Origin: Hyphomonadaceae bacterium TMED5
Lineage (GTDB): Bacteria; Pseudomonadota; Alphaproteobacteria; Caulobacterales; Hyphomonadaceae
Length of the DNA stretch: 32,000 bases
Assembly: GCA_002173095.1 (NCBI GenBank)
Contig: NHBK01000020.1
Coordinates: 30,423-62,422, forward strand
Direction of reading: 5' to 3'
Shown here: positions 1 to 12,520 of the stretch, piece after piece
Position numbering within the stretch: the stretch's first letter is position 1
Layout of the letters: every line of letters starts with the position of its first letter
Made by a program: the position numbers and the translations under genes
The notes under the pieces: model-generated
Told to the model about the DNA's origin: nothing
Databases searched by the model: none
Seen by the model: only the letters and a program-made list of their open reading frames with translations

Positions 1-178
1 AGTGGATTTCGACGCCGTTCTCCGTGACCCCGAACATCCCACACGCCTCATTCCCGCATTCGATTCTGGGGATCATCTCCATCCCGGCGATGAGGGCAAT
101 CGCGCGATGGCAGAGGCTATCGACCTTGATGCTCTGCTTGGTCGCTGACCAAACAACTGAAAACGAAAGGACTCTCTC

Positions 179-1216
179 ATGGAATATCGCCCCCTTGGAA
201 AATCCGGCCTCAAAGTGCCGGTTCTCAGCTTCGGCGCAGGCACTTTCGGCGGCACCGGCCCCCTGTTCAGCAACTGGGGCACATCTGACGCCATCGAGGC
301 ACGCCGTCTCGTGGACATTTGCCTGGAAGCGGGTGTCAACCTGTTCGATACCGCCGATGTCTATTCGGATGGCGCGTCCGAAAAGGTCTTGGGGGAGGCC
401 GTGAAGGGGCGGCGCAACGCGGTGCTGCTCTCAACCAAGACCAGCCTGCCGATGGGTGACGGGCCGAACGATGCAGGGTCATCGCGCTTCCGGTTGATCC
501 GGGCCGTTGACGATGCGTTGCGCCGCTTGCAGACCGATTACATTGACCTGCTGCAACTTCATGCCTTTGATGCCAGCACACCTGTCGAGGAAGTTCTTTC
601 GACACTTGATACGCTCGTCCGCGCCGGGAAAGTGCGCTATGTCGGCGTATCCAATTTCTCGGGCTGGCAGATCATGAAATCGCTGGCCGTCGCTGACCGC
701 TATGGCTGGCCGCGCTATGTCGCCAATCAGGTCTATTACTCGCTGGTCGGGCGCGATTACGAATGGGATTTGATGCCACTCGGGCAGGATCAAGGTCTCG
801 GTGCCATGGTCTGGTCGCCGCTTGGTTGGGGGCGGCTGACCGGAAAAATCCGGCGCGGTGCGCCATTGCCCGAAGGCAGCCGCCTGCATGAGACCGCCAG
901 CTTCGGACCTCCGGTTGAGGACGAACATCTCTACCGTGTTGTCGATGCGCTGGACGCGGTGGCAGAAGAAACCGGTAAAACCGTTCCCCAGATCGCGCTG
1001 AACTGGCTGCTGCAACGCCCGACCGTTTCCTCGGTCATCATCGGTGCGCGGAATGAGGAACAGCTTCGCCAGAACCTCGGCGCGGTCGGGTGGACCCTGA
1101 CACCCGAACAGATCGCCAAACTGGATAAGGCGAGTGCCGTCACCGCGCCTTATCCGCATTTTCCTTACCGGCGTCAGGAGGGCTTCGCACGGCTTAACCC
1201 GCCAGTCGCAGGATAG
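179..1216 (+). CDS. aldo/keto reductase family oxidoreductase
   Basis: 345-aa ORF with AKR TIM-barrel motifs: 'YRPLGKSGLKVPVLSFGAGTFGG', 'LFDTADVYSDG' (Asp/Tyr region), 'LSTK', 'LLQLHAFD', 'VGVSNFSGWQ'. Confidence 0.9.
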   Translation: MEYRPLGKSGLKVPVLSFGAGTFGGTGPLFSNWGTSDAIEARRLVDICLEAGVNLFDTADVYSDGASEKVLGEAVKGRRNAVLLSTKTSLPMGDGPNDAGSSRFRLIRAVDDALRRLQTDYIDLLQLHAFDASTPVEEVLSTLDTLVRAGKVRYVGVSNFSGWQIMKSLAVADRYGWPRYVANQVYYSLVGRDYEWDLMPLGQDQGLGAMVWSPLGWGRLTGKIRRGAPLPEGSRLHETASFGPPVEDEHLYRVVDALDAVAEETGKTVPQIALNWLLQRPTVSSVIIGARNEEQLRQNLGAVGWTLTPEQIAKLDKASAVTAPYPHFPYRRQEGFARLNPPVAG

Positions 1217-1247
1217 GAGCAACACTTTCGAGATCGTCAAGGTCAGG

Positions 1248-2402
1248 CTATGACGTTGGCTTCAAGATTGCTGCACCAAGGTCTTCGGGATGCGTCAGAG
1301 CAACCATATGCGGCGCATCGCCGATGACCTCGAAGGTTCTCTGCTCGCCATTGGCAAGGCGGTTCATCAGTGCAGGCGGCGTGGATTGGTCGCATTCGCC
1401 GGCGATGATGCGCATCGAGGCCTTTATCTCATCCAGCCTGCCGTCCAGTGATATTCCGGCCAGCACCCGCCAGGCTGCACTCCAGTCGGTGAAATTTGCC
1501 CGCCGGACACAATTTCGGGCGTAGCGCACCGACCAGTCATTTTCAGCCAGATCGCCGGTGCGAAACCAGCGGGTCAGGCTGGGGATGACCTGCGCTTCCA
1601 TACCCTCAGCCTCAGCCGCACGGGCGCGCTCTTCGAAGGCCGGGAATGACCATGCGGTGGCGGCAATCACGGTCAGGTCTTGCACGCGCTCGGGCTGTTG
1701 CAACGCAAGTTCCACGGCCATCGACCCGCCAAGCGACAGCCCGACGATACGGGCCGACGGCAATGTCAGGCGATCCATCAGCTCTGCCACATCCTGCGCA
1801 TAATGGGCCAGATCGCGGACCTGCGGTGCAAACGCCGCTCCGCCGAACCCGCGCAGATCATAGGCGATGACGCGGAAATGCGGGGTGAGTTGAGGGATAA
1901 CACGCGACCACATCCGCCAATCCAGCCCTAGGGCGTGGAGCAGGATCATTGCCGGTTTGCCGCCGCCGCTGTCGAACAGGCACGTGTCATGATCCCGCAG
2001 CGAAATTGCTTTTGCGACAAGCAGTTCCGCGCCCTTGTCCTGCATGACTTCGCGCGCAATCCGCAGCATGGTCAGCGCGCGGGGGTAGCCTGCATAGACA
2101 GAGACCTGTTCGACGCTGGCAATGATTTCCTCGGGCGCAAGCCCACAATCCAGCGCAAAGCCCAGATGGGTGCGCAACTGGCTTTCGCATCCCCCCATGG
2201 CCCCGAGCATGGCGATGGTTTCGAGTTCGCGCTCGCCATAGCCGAGCGTGGTCTGGCCAATGATCTTGCCGAAGGCATGGTGCACCAGACTGTCCGCCAA
2301 TACCGGGGAGTGCGCACCGACCGAAGCGAGGATCGTTTCCTGTGCCCGGCCAGTCATCCGCTGCATTGCATGGTCGCCAATCTGTCCAGTCTGAGCGTTC
2401 AT
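1248..2402 (-). CDS. two-domain protein: N-terminal carboxymuconolactone-decarboxylase (AhpD-like CMD) domain + C-terminal alpha/beta-hydrolase (3-oxoadipate enol-lactonase-like)
   Basis: N-terminal half resembles PcaC/CMD ('ERELETIAMLGAMGGCESQLRTHLGFALDCGLAPEEIIASVEQVSVYAGYP'). C-terminal half has 'ILLHALGLDWRMW', nucleophile elbow 'GLSLGG' and a late 'APHM' His. Start ATG overlaps the upstream AKR stop by 4 bp (ATGA at 2399-2402). Confidence 0.8.
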   Translation of the reverse strand: MNAQTGQIGDHAMQRMTGRAQETILASVGAHSPVLADSLVHHAFGKIIGQTTLGYGERELETIAMLGAMGGCESQLRTHLGFALDCGLAPEEIIASVEQVSVYAGYPRALTMLRIAREVMQDKGAELLVAKAISLRDHDTCLFDSGGGKPAMILLHALGLDWRMWSRVIPQLTPHFRVIAYDLRGFGGAAFAPQVRDLAHYAQDVAELMDRLTLPSARIVGLSLGGSMAVELALQQPERVQDLTVIAATAWSFPAFEERARAAEAEGMEAQVIPSLTRWFRTGDLAENDWSVRYARNCVRRANFTDWSAAWRVLAGISLDGRLDEIKASMRIIAGECDQSTPPALMNRLANGEQRTFEVIGDAPHMVALTHPEDLGAAILKPTS

Positions 2403-3283
2403 ACATTCACCCCTTTCATACCCTCGGCGGTATAGCGCTCGCCGGTGAAACTGCTCGGCGCATAGGCGCGGTCGAGCCTGGCGATGTCATCGGCGGATAG
2501 GCGGAGGCTGGCGGCGGCGATGTTCTGTTCCAGATAGGTCAGACGCTTGGTGCCGGGAATCGCAAACGCTCCCTTGGCAAGCACCCAGGCGAGCGCGACC
2601 TGCGACGGTGTCGCCTCGCGCATGTCGGCGATGGCACGCAGGGTGTCGAGCCGCGCATTATTGGCCTCCAGCGCCTCATCGCCAAAGCGCGGGGCGTTGC
2701 GGCGGAAATCGTTTTCGGCAAGGCTGTCGCGATCCAGAGAACCGGACAGCAGCCCGCGCCCCAAGGGGCTATAGGCGACAAAGGCGACGCCCAGCTCGCG
2801 GCAGGCAGGCAGCACCTCTGCCTCCATATCGCGGGTGGTCAGCGAGTATTCGCTCTGCACGGCAGCAACAGAATGCACCGCATGGGCGCGGCGCAGGGTA
2901 TCGGCGGACACTTCGCTCAGTCCGATCCGCGCAATCTTGCCCGCCTGCATGAGATCGGCCAGCACCTGCACCGTTTCTTCGATGGAGCGTCCCGCTTCGG
3001 CCCGGTGGACATAATAGAGACCGATCTGTTCGACACCCAGACACCGCAGCGAGGCCTCGCAGGCCTGCCGGATATAAGCCGGGCTATTGTCGATGCTGCG
3101 GGCATAGTCGCCCGGAGCCTTGCGAATGCCGAACTTGGTGGCGATGAAAGCGTCGGGATGGCCCTGTTTCAGGAAACGCGCCAGCAGTTCCTCGTTATGG
3201 CCGTTGCCATACATATCGGCGGTGTCGAACATCCGCACACCCAGTTCATAGGCGCGGTCCACGCCCCTGACCGAGAAGGGCAA
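2399..3283 (-). pseudogene. aldo/keto reductase lacking about 30 N-terminal residues (5'-truncated)
   Basis: AKR motifs are present from 'RMFDTADMYGNGHNEELL' onward. The N-terminal beta-hairpin/'LGxGxMG' strand present in the paralog at 8058-9041 is absent. The ORF begins at a TTG and homology stops near 3265-3280, where a LysR fragment begins on the other strand. Confidence 0.65.
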
Positions 3284-3308
3284 GGAGATCGCCGCAATAG
3301 CCCGCGAT

Positions 3309-3941
3309 ATGGAGCAAGGCGCGCAGCGGATCGAACGCCTGGCTCATGCCGCGCAGGGCACGTTGACCGGACGCGTGCGGCTGACCGCGCCGCCCGTGCT
3401 GGTTAGCGAGGTCATCATCCCGGCCATGCGCGATCTGCGCGCCGATCATCCAGATTTGCAGATCGTGCTTTCTGCCAACTCGCACATCGCCTCGCTCGAC
3501 AGCGGCCAAGCCGATCTGGCGGTGCGGATGGTAGAGCCGCAGGGGAAGCAGAACATTGTCCGGCGGATCGGTTCGGTCGAATTCGCGCTTTATGGGACGC
3601 CAGACATCGCCAGACTGCCCCCACAGCAATGGCGCTTCATCGCCTTTGACGAAACGCTGGCGCATGTCCCGCAGCAACGCTGGCTGGAAGAGTTTGCCGA
3701 TGGTCGCCCGCTCGACCTGCTGACCGGGGATTTTCATAGCCAGTTCGCCGCCGCCCGGGCGGGTCTTGGCGTCGCGCTGTTGCCTTGTGTGATGGCGCAA
3801 CCTTGCAAGGAACTGGTTCGTGTGACCGGCAAGCGACCTCAAGCGCGCCCCGTGTGGATGGTGATCCACGCCGATCTGAAACACGCCCCCGCTGTGCGAG
3901 CGGTCGCCGATATGCTGGCGGCCGCCTTCAGCAAAGGCTGA
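3309..3941 (+). pseudogene. LysR-family regulator fragment (substrate-binding domain only, no N-terminal HTH)
   Basis: 'GRVRLTAPPVLVSEVIIPAMRDLRADHPDLQIVL...' is a LysR effector-domain start. The frame is open back to 3252 and reads '...RSTPLTEKGKEIAAIARDMEQG', the tail end of a LysR DNA-binding domain/linker. About 60 residues of wHTH are missing. Confidence 0.65.
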
Positions 3942-4276
3942 AAATGCAGCCGTCATTCGGCAGGACATTATCTTCGGAGTGCACGTGAGCCGCGCTTCTT
4001 CACTCTCAGTCATGGGGCGGCAAGCGCCAAACGATAGTGCCGCAACCCGCGTTGTCTGCCATGGACATGTACGACAAACCAACTCCACCACCCAAGGCAG
4101 CATGCGGTGATCGGCGGCACATAGGCTATTTTCGGTGGCAATCGGCGGTGAATGGCGGAGGGGATGGGCCTGATATCCAACCTTCTCCACCTCCTAACCT
4201 ATTGATTTATATGATTCTCCACGAGTGAAGTGGATTTCTGCCGGAACAACACCCGCTCCGCATCATGCGGCGCACG

Positions 4277-6637
<2,361 letters not shown>

Positions 6638-6739
6638 GTCGAGCTTCCCTTCGTGGTGGTGCGGGGCCCCTCGACTACGCGCCTTGCGTGAATCCGGGCT
6701 CTCCTCTGACACTGCTAATGTAGCCGAAACGGATCATCG

Positions 6740-6787
6740 CGATTAGACGGCGGAATTGGCATGAACCTATGCGCCAAAAGCATTAAT
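6740..6787. promoter_or_regulatory. operator-like segment, copy A (LysR-type T-N11-A dyad + ATGC-N7-GCAT dyad)
   Basis: ATTAGACGGCGGAAT (6742-6756) and ATGCGCCAAAAGCAT (6769-6783). 41/48 nt match copy B at 11513-11560, including a 19-nt perfect block AATTGGCATGAACCTATGC (6754-6772). Lies about 100 nt upstream of the Tat-AKR start. Confidence 0.55.
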
Positions 6788-6821
6788 CACGCTTGGGAGC
6801 AGAGACTGACCGTAGTCGCCC

Positions 6822-7511
6822 TCATCGCGCCGGCTGGGCGAGCGCGGCCAGGCGCAGAACATGGTGGCCAAGCACGGCGAACAAGCCGATGACGGCCAGC
6901 CAGTGGCCGAAGAAGGGCAGAACGGCTTCATTGAAATCCCACATCGCCAGGCTGTACTGAAACGACAGCCGGGACCAAAGCCCGAGAACCGACGCGCTGA
7001 AATAGCCCTGCACGGCAAGGGCCAGAGCGCAAAGCCCCCCAAGAACGGCCCAGACCCGTGTCCGGCCATTCATCCAGCCAATACTACGCAACAGGCTCGT
7101 GACCCGGCCCCAGTTCAGTCCGAGATGCAGCCCGACGATCGCCATGATCCAGTAGGCCGAGAACCAGTGCATCTCGCGCATCGTGAAGAGGCCGGGTTGC
7201 GGCAGGAACGCGAAGAGGGATTGCGAAATCGCAAGACTGGTGAGCAGCAGCACCGCCATCGAAGCGGCAAGCAGCAGCGTCAGGATCAGGCTCATCGCGC
7301 GGCGGAGGTCGTAGGGGCCGCGACGGGCAGCGGACCACCATCGTCCGTTGTTGACGAGATGGCGGATCAACAGCACGAAGAATATCGTGCCGACGATCTC
7401 ATGGGCGAGATTTCCCTGCCACCAGTAGGCGAACGCCACCAGCAGCAGAACGAGGATCGCGCTATCGAGAAGCAGCCGAGGTGCGGGTCGGGTCCATCGC
7501 AACCGGGTCAT
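6822..7511 (-). CDS. six-TM, His-rich integral membrane protein (DUF4405-like; possible b-type haem/electron-transfer partner)
   Basis: Start at the internal Met 'MTRLRWTRPAPRLLLDSAILVLLLVAF'. About six hydrophobic segments carry conserved-looking His ('AHEIVG', 'IRHL', 'GLHLG', 'GHW', 'GHH'). ATG overlaps the P460 stop by 4 bp (7508-7511). Confidence 0.65.
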   Translation of the reverse strand: MTRLRWTRPAPRLLLDSAILVLLLVAFAYWWQGNLAHEIVGTIFFVLLIRHLVNNGRWWSAARRGPYDLRRAMSLILTLLLAASMAVLLLTSLAISQSLFAFLPQPGLFTMREMHWFSAYWIMAIVGLHLGLNWGRVTSLLRSIGWMNGRTRVWAVLGGLCALALAVQGYFSASVLGLWSRLSFQYSLAMWDFNEAVLPFFGHWLAVIGLFAVLGHHVLRLAALAQPAR

Positions 7512-7972
7512 TCGGCCCGGCGCGCATCGTTGTAGGTGAACATGTAGCTCCGGTCTTCGCGGGACATGTGACAGGACCTGCACCGCGCCGTGTTTTCCTC
7601 CATGTTGATCGTGCCATCCGGCCAGTACCACTGGAACTGCCAGTCACCGGTGCGGCTGGCTTCATCGTATTCCTCGCCCCAGCCCTCGCCCTTCTCCATG
7701 ACGAAGAGGCGCCAGAGTTCCTCGTCGCGGAATATCTCAAGAACGACCTGTGTGCCGTTGGGCAGGTCCTCGCCCTGCTGGATCGCGTCCAGAGCTTCGC
7801 GCGACGTATAGACGTTCTCGAAGATGTTGCCGCGGGTGACCGTCGTGTAGAGTTCCAGGGCTCCGAGATCTTCGGGGAACGTCACTTTGTTCGGTTCGGC
7901 ATATGCCGCGCCGGTCGATGCAAATGCTGCGCACAGGGCAAGGCTGGCGGAGATGATGGTGCGGGATTTCAT
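7508..7972 (-). CDS. cytochrome P460-family periplasmic haem protein
   Basis: 154 aa with Sec signal 'MKSRTIISASLALCAAFASTGAAYA'. A single C-terminal haem-c motif 'CRSCH' in a small beta-rich protein fits the P460 family by size and layout. Confidence 0.7.
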   Translation of the reverse strand: MKSRTIISASLALCAAFASTGAAYAEPNKVTFPEDLGALELYTTVTRGNIFENVYTSREALDAIQQGEDLPNGTQVVLEIFRDEELWRLFVMEKGEGWGEEYDEASRTGDWQFQWYWPDGTINMEENTARCRSCHMSREDRSYMFTYNDARRAE

Positions 7973-8057
7973 GCTTGCTGAGTCCTTCTGCCGTGTCCGC
8001 CAGGCAGACCGGTGTGATCGTCACGCTTTCGAGGAAGCGGTGGGCAGCCGTTCGCGG

Positions 8058-9837
<1,780 letters not shown>

Positions 9838-9947
9838 GTCGTTCCTTTCAGCCCCTCAAGGCGGGTGTTCGGCGGCTATCCAGAAACCCGAACCGCGGTC
9901 CGGGTGATGTTCATGATCGCGAAGTCACGAGATGTGCGGGCTCCAGC

Positions 9948-10829
9948 TCACGCCTCGGGGATCGGCATGCCGTAGTTCGCGAGGGTGATGCTCTCTGGCT
10001 CCGGTCCGCCGCGCTTGCCCGTGTCGAGGGCATGGATCGCCGCGACCTGATCGGCCGACAGTTCGAAGTCGAAGACGTCGAAGTTCTCGGCGATGCGGGT
10101 GGCCTTGACCGACTTCGGGATCACCGAGCGGCCTTCCTGCAGGTGCCAGCGCAGCATCACCTGCGCGGCGGATTTGCCGTGCAGGGCCGCGATTCCGAGG
10201 ACTGTCGGGTCCTCGAGCGTGCTTCGGTCGCCACCGCGATAGAAGGTGATCCCGCCGATCGGCGACCACGCCTGAGTGTGGATCCCGTACCGGGCATTGA
10301 GCCCCTGAAGCTCCTGCTGCTGGAAATAGGGATGCACCTCGATCTGGTTCACGGCTGGAACGACCGTGGTCTCAGCCAGGAAGCGGTCCACGTGTTCGGG
10401 CATGAAGTTGCTGATCCCGATCGCGCGCACGCGACCGTCCGCAAGCAGGGTCTCCAGCGCGTGATAAGCCTTGATGGTGCGGTCGAAATCGGACGGCAGC
10501 GGCTGGTGCAGCAGCAAGAGGTCGATTTGCTCGACACCGAGCTTGGCTGCGCTCTTCTCGAACCCGTGCAACGTCTCGTCGTAGCCGTAGTCGCTGATCC
10601 AGATCTTCGTCTCGATGAAGACCTGGTCCCGGGCGATGCCGGAGTGGCGGATGCCTTCGCCGACCTCTTTCTCGTTGCCGTAGGATGCGGCTGTGTCGAT
10701 GTGGCGGTATCCGACGCGGATCGCCTCTTCGACCGCGGCGGTCGTCTCGGCAGGCGGGCTCTGGAAGACACCGAGCCCGAGGGCGGGCATTTCCACCCCG
10801 TTGTTCAAAGTTATCACTGATGTGGACAA
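9948..10829 (-). CDS. aldo/keto reductase, DkgA/DkgB-like (2,5-diketo-D-gluconate reductase subfamily)
   Basis: 'ITLNNGVEMPALGLGVFQ', 'GYRHIDTAASYGNEKEVG', 'FIETKIW', 'LLLHQP', 'IGISNF'. The start codon appears to be TTG (10829) or the GTG four codons later. Confidence 0.9.
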   Translation of the reverse strand: MSTSVITLNNGVEMPALGLGVFQSPPAETTAAVEEAIRVGYRHIDTAASYGNEKEVGEGIRHSGIARDQVFIETKIWISDYGYDETLHGFEKSAAKLGVEQIDLLLLHQPLPSDFDRTIKAYHALETLLADGRVRAIGISNFMPEHVDRFLAETTVVPAVNQIEVHPYFQQQELQGLNARYGIHTQAWSPIGGITFYRGGDRSTLEDPTVLGIAALHGKSAAQVMLRWHLQEGRSVIPKSVKATRIAENFDVFDFELSADQVAAIHALDTGKRGGPEPESITLANYGMPIPEA

Positions 10830-10850
10830 GGCAGGCTCTCTTTCTGACGT

Positions 10851-11441
10851 TCAGAGTTCTTGATCGATATCCGCCAGCCAGGTGCTGATCTGGCGGAGCG
10901 TGTCGCGCTCGGCATCGCACTCCTGGATGAACGGTTGGAGGATCTGCGCATCGACGGCGATCGCGGCCAGAGTCTCGGGCGCGCTTCCTGTGCCGTAGCC
11001 GCCGTGGGTGATGAACGGTACGAGGATCTTCCCCGCGAGGTCGTGGGTGGCCACGAATGTTCGAATGGGTGCTGGAAGTGCGCCGCCCCAGATCGGGAAC
11101 CCGAGAAAGACGGTCTCGTATCGAGCCATGTCCGAAACGCCTTCCGCGAGGCGCGGTGTCGCTTCAGCGTCGCGCTGGCGCTGCGCGAGGTCGACATGCG
11201 CCTCGTAGTCGACCGGGTACGGCTCCGCCGTTCGGATCTCGAAGAGATCGGCTCCGACGTTCCGGCTGAGAGCTTCCGCAACCACCCGCGTGTTGCCGCT
11301 CCGGGTCAGGTAGGCCACGAGCTGGTTCGACCGTCCGAGAGTCTGGGCAGTCACGGGGCTGCTGGCAAAAGAAAGCCCAGCGGCTGCGGCAATCAGAACC
11401 TGAAAGGCTTCGCGCCGGGATCTCTGAAACTTTTCATCCAT
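10851..11441 (-). CDS. flavodoxin-like fold protein with Tat-like signal peptide
   Basis: Start at 'MDEKFQRSRREAFQVLIAAAAGLSFASSPVTAQT' (SRRxxF + h-region + AxA-like site). This is followed by 'LVAYLTRSGNTRVVAEAL' and 'VFLGFPIWGGALPAP', typical of flavodoxin_4-type proteins. Confidence 0.75.
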   Translation of the reverse strand: MDEKFQRSRREAFQVLIAAAAGLSFASSPVTAQTLGRSNQLVAYLTRSGNTRVVAEALSRNVGADLFEIRTAEPYPVDYEAHVDLAQRQRDAEATPRLAEGVSDMARYETVFLGFPIWGGALPAPIRTFVATHDLAGKILVPFITHGGYGTGSAPETLAAIAVDAQILQPFIQECDAERDTLRQISTWLADIDQEL

Positions 11442-11512
11442 TGATTGAGGCCTTCGCAGCTCGAGAGGTGTCTCTTTGGGCATGCCCAATACCTAGCCGA
11501 GATGGCCGCATT

Positions 11513-11560
11513 CGATTAGATGGTGTAATTGGCATGAACCTATGCACCTGGAGCATTAAT
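11513..11560. promoter_or_regulatory. operator-like segment, copy B, in the divergent LysR/flavodoxin-operon intergenic region
   Basis: ATTAGATGGTGTAAT (11515-11529; ATTA-N7-TAAT, T-N11-A) and ATGCACCTGGAGCAT (11542-11556). Ends 3 nt before the LysR ATG at 11563 and lies 72 nt upstream of the flavodoxin-like start. Confidence 0.6.
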
Positions 11561-11562
11561 GG

Positions 11563-12453
11563 ATGCGTGAGAACATCAACGACCTGCTGGCCTTCGTTGC
11601 GGTCGCAACGGACCAGAGCTTCACCCGGGCTGCCGCCCGGCTCGGTACGTCGCAGTCGTCGCTGAGCCGCACGATCCGCAAGCTCGAGGAGCGGCTCGGA
11701 GTCCGATTGTTGACTCGGACGACGCGGAGCGTCTCCCCCACCGAAGCGGGCGAACGTATGCTGCAGAAGATCGGGCCGCGCCTCGACGAGATCGAGGCGG
11801 AACTGGAGGCGCTCGGCGCGCTGCGCGACAAACCGGCCGGTACCGTGCGCATCAACTGCAGCGAATACGCCGCCGAAAGTGTCGTCTGGCCGAAGCTCGC
11901 CAAGGTGCTTCCGGCCTACCCGGACATCAAGGTGGAGATCTTCATCCAGCACAGCTTTGCCGACATCGCGGCCGAGCGGTTCGATGCAGGTGTCCGGCTG
12001 GGCGAGAGCCTGGAGAAGGACATGATCGCCGTCCGTATCGCCCCGGACGACCGGCTGATCGCGGTGGGGTCTCCATCCTATTTCGAGCGGCACGCGCCTC
12101 CCGAAACCCCGCGGGATCTGACCGCGCACTCCTGCATCAACCTTCGTCTGGCGACGCGCGGCGGTCTCTATGCATGGGAGTTCGAGAAGGACGGCGCGCC
12201 ACTGAACGTGAAGGTCGAAGGTCAGGTCACATTCAACACCATCAGACCGATGGTGGACGCGGCGCTGGCAGGCTTCGGAATCGCCTTCGTCCCCGAGTCC
12301 GGCCTCCACGCCCACCTGGCCAGCGGCGCTCTGGTTCAGGTCCTCGACGACTGGTGCCAGCCGTTCTCAGGCTTCCACCTCTATTATCCCAGCCGCCGCC
12401 AACAGTCGTCCGCGTGCGAAGTCGTCATGAATGCTCTGCGGCACCGGGCGTAA
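11563..12453 (+). CDS. LysR-family transcriptional regulator (full length)
   Basis: N-terminal wHTH 'LLAFVAVATDQSFTRAAARLGTSQSSLSRTIRKLEERLGVRLLTRTTRSVSPTEAG' plus a C-terminal effector domain. Divergent from the minus-strand redox operon. Confidence 0.9.
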   Translation: MRENINDLLAFVAVATDQSFTRAAARLGTSQSSLSRTIRKLEERLGVRLLTRTTRSVSPTEAGERMLQKIGPRLDEIEAELEALGALRDKPAGTVRINCSEYAAESVVWPKLAKVLPAYPDIKVEIFIQHSFADIAAERFDAGVRLGESLEKDMIAVRIAPDDRLIAVGSPSYFERHAPPETPRDLTAHSCINLRLATRGGLYAWEFEKDGAPLNVKVEGQVTFNTIRPMVDAALAGFGIAFVPESGLHAHLASGALVQVLDDWCQPFSGFHLYYPSRRQQSSACEVVMNALRHRA

Positions 12454-12496
12454 GTGCGCTCTGCTGCAGGTATCTGGCACCGAATTTCCCATTGCG

Positions 12497-12518
12497 GGAC
12501 CGCCAGCCAGGGCGGTCC
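12497..12518. terminator. GC-rich hairpin between convergent LysR and spanin genes (no U-tract)
   Basis: GGACCGCC-AGCCAG-GGCGGTCC, a perfect 8-bp stem. No T-run on either side, so its role as an intrinsic terminator is uncertain. Confidence 0.3.
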
Positions 12519-12520
12519 AG

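Noticed and set aside
1-82. Possible 5' end of a minus-strand gene ('MEMIPRIECGNEACGMFGVTENGVEIH...') running off the left edge, divergent from the first AKR.
   Set aside because: Only 27 codons are visible and there is no recognisable motif. That is too little to call a feature.
3246-4190. 314-aa minus-strand ORF.
   Set aside because: Most of it is antisense to the LysR effector-domain fragment. The remaining N-terminal 80 aa (3942-4190) has no SD, signal or motif I can support.
4229-4238. The 10-mer AGTGGATTTC is identical to window positions 1-10.
   Set aside because: A single 10-nt match in 64 kb of two-strand search space is near chance expectation, and the flanks do not extend the match.
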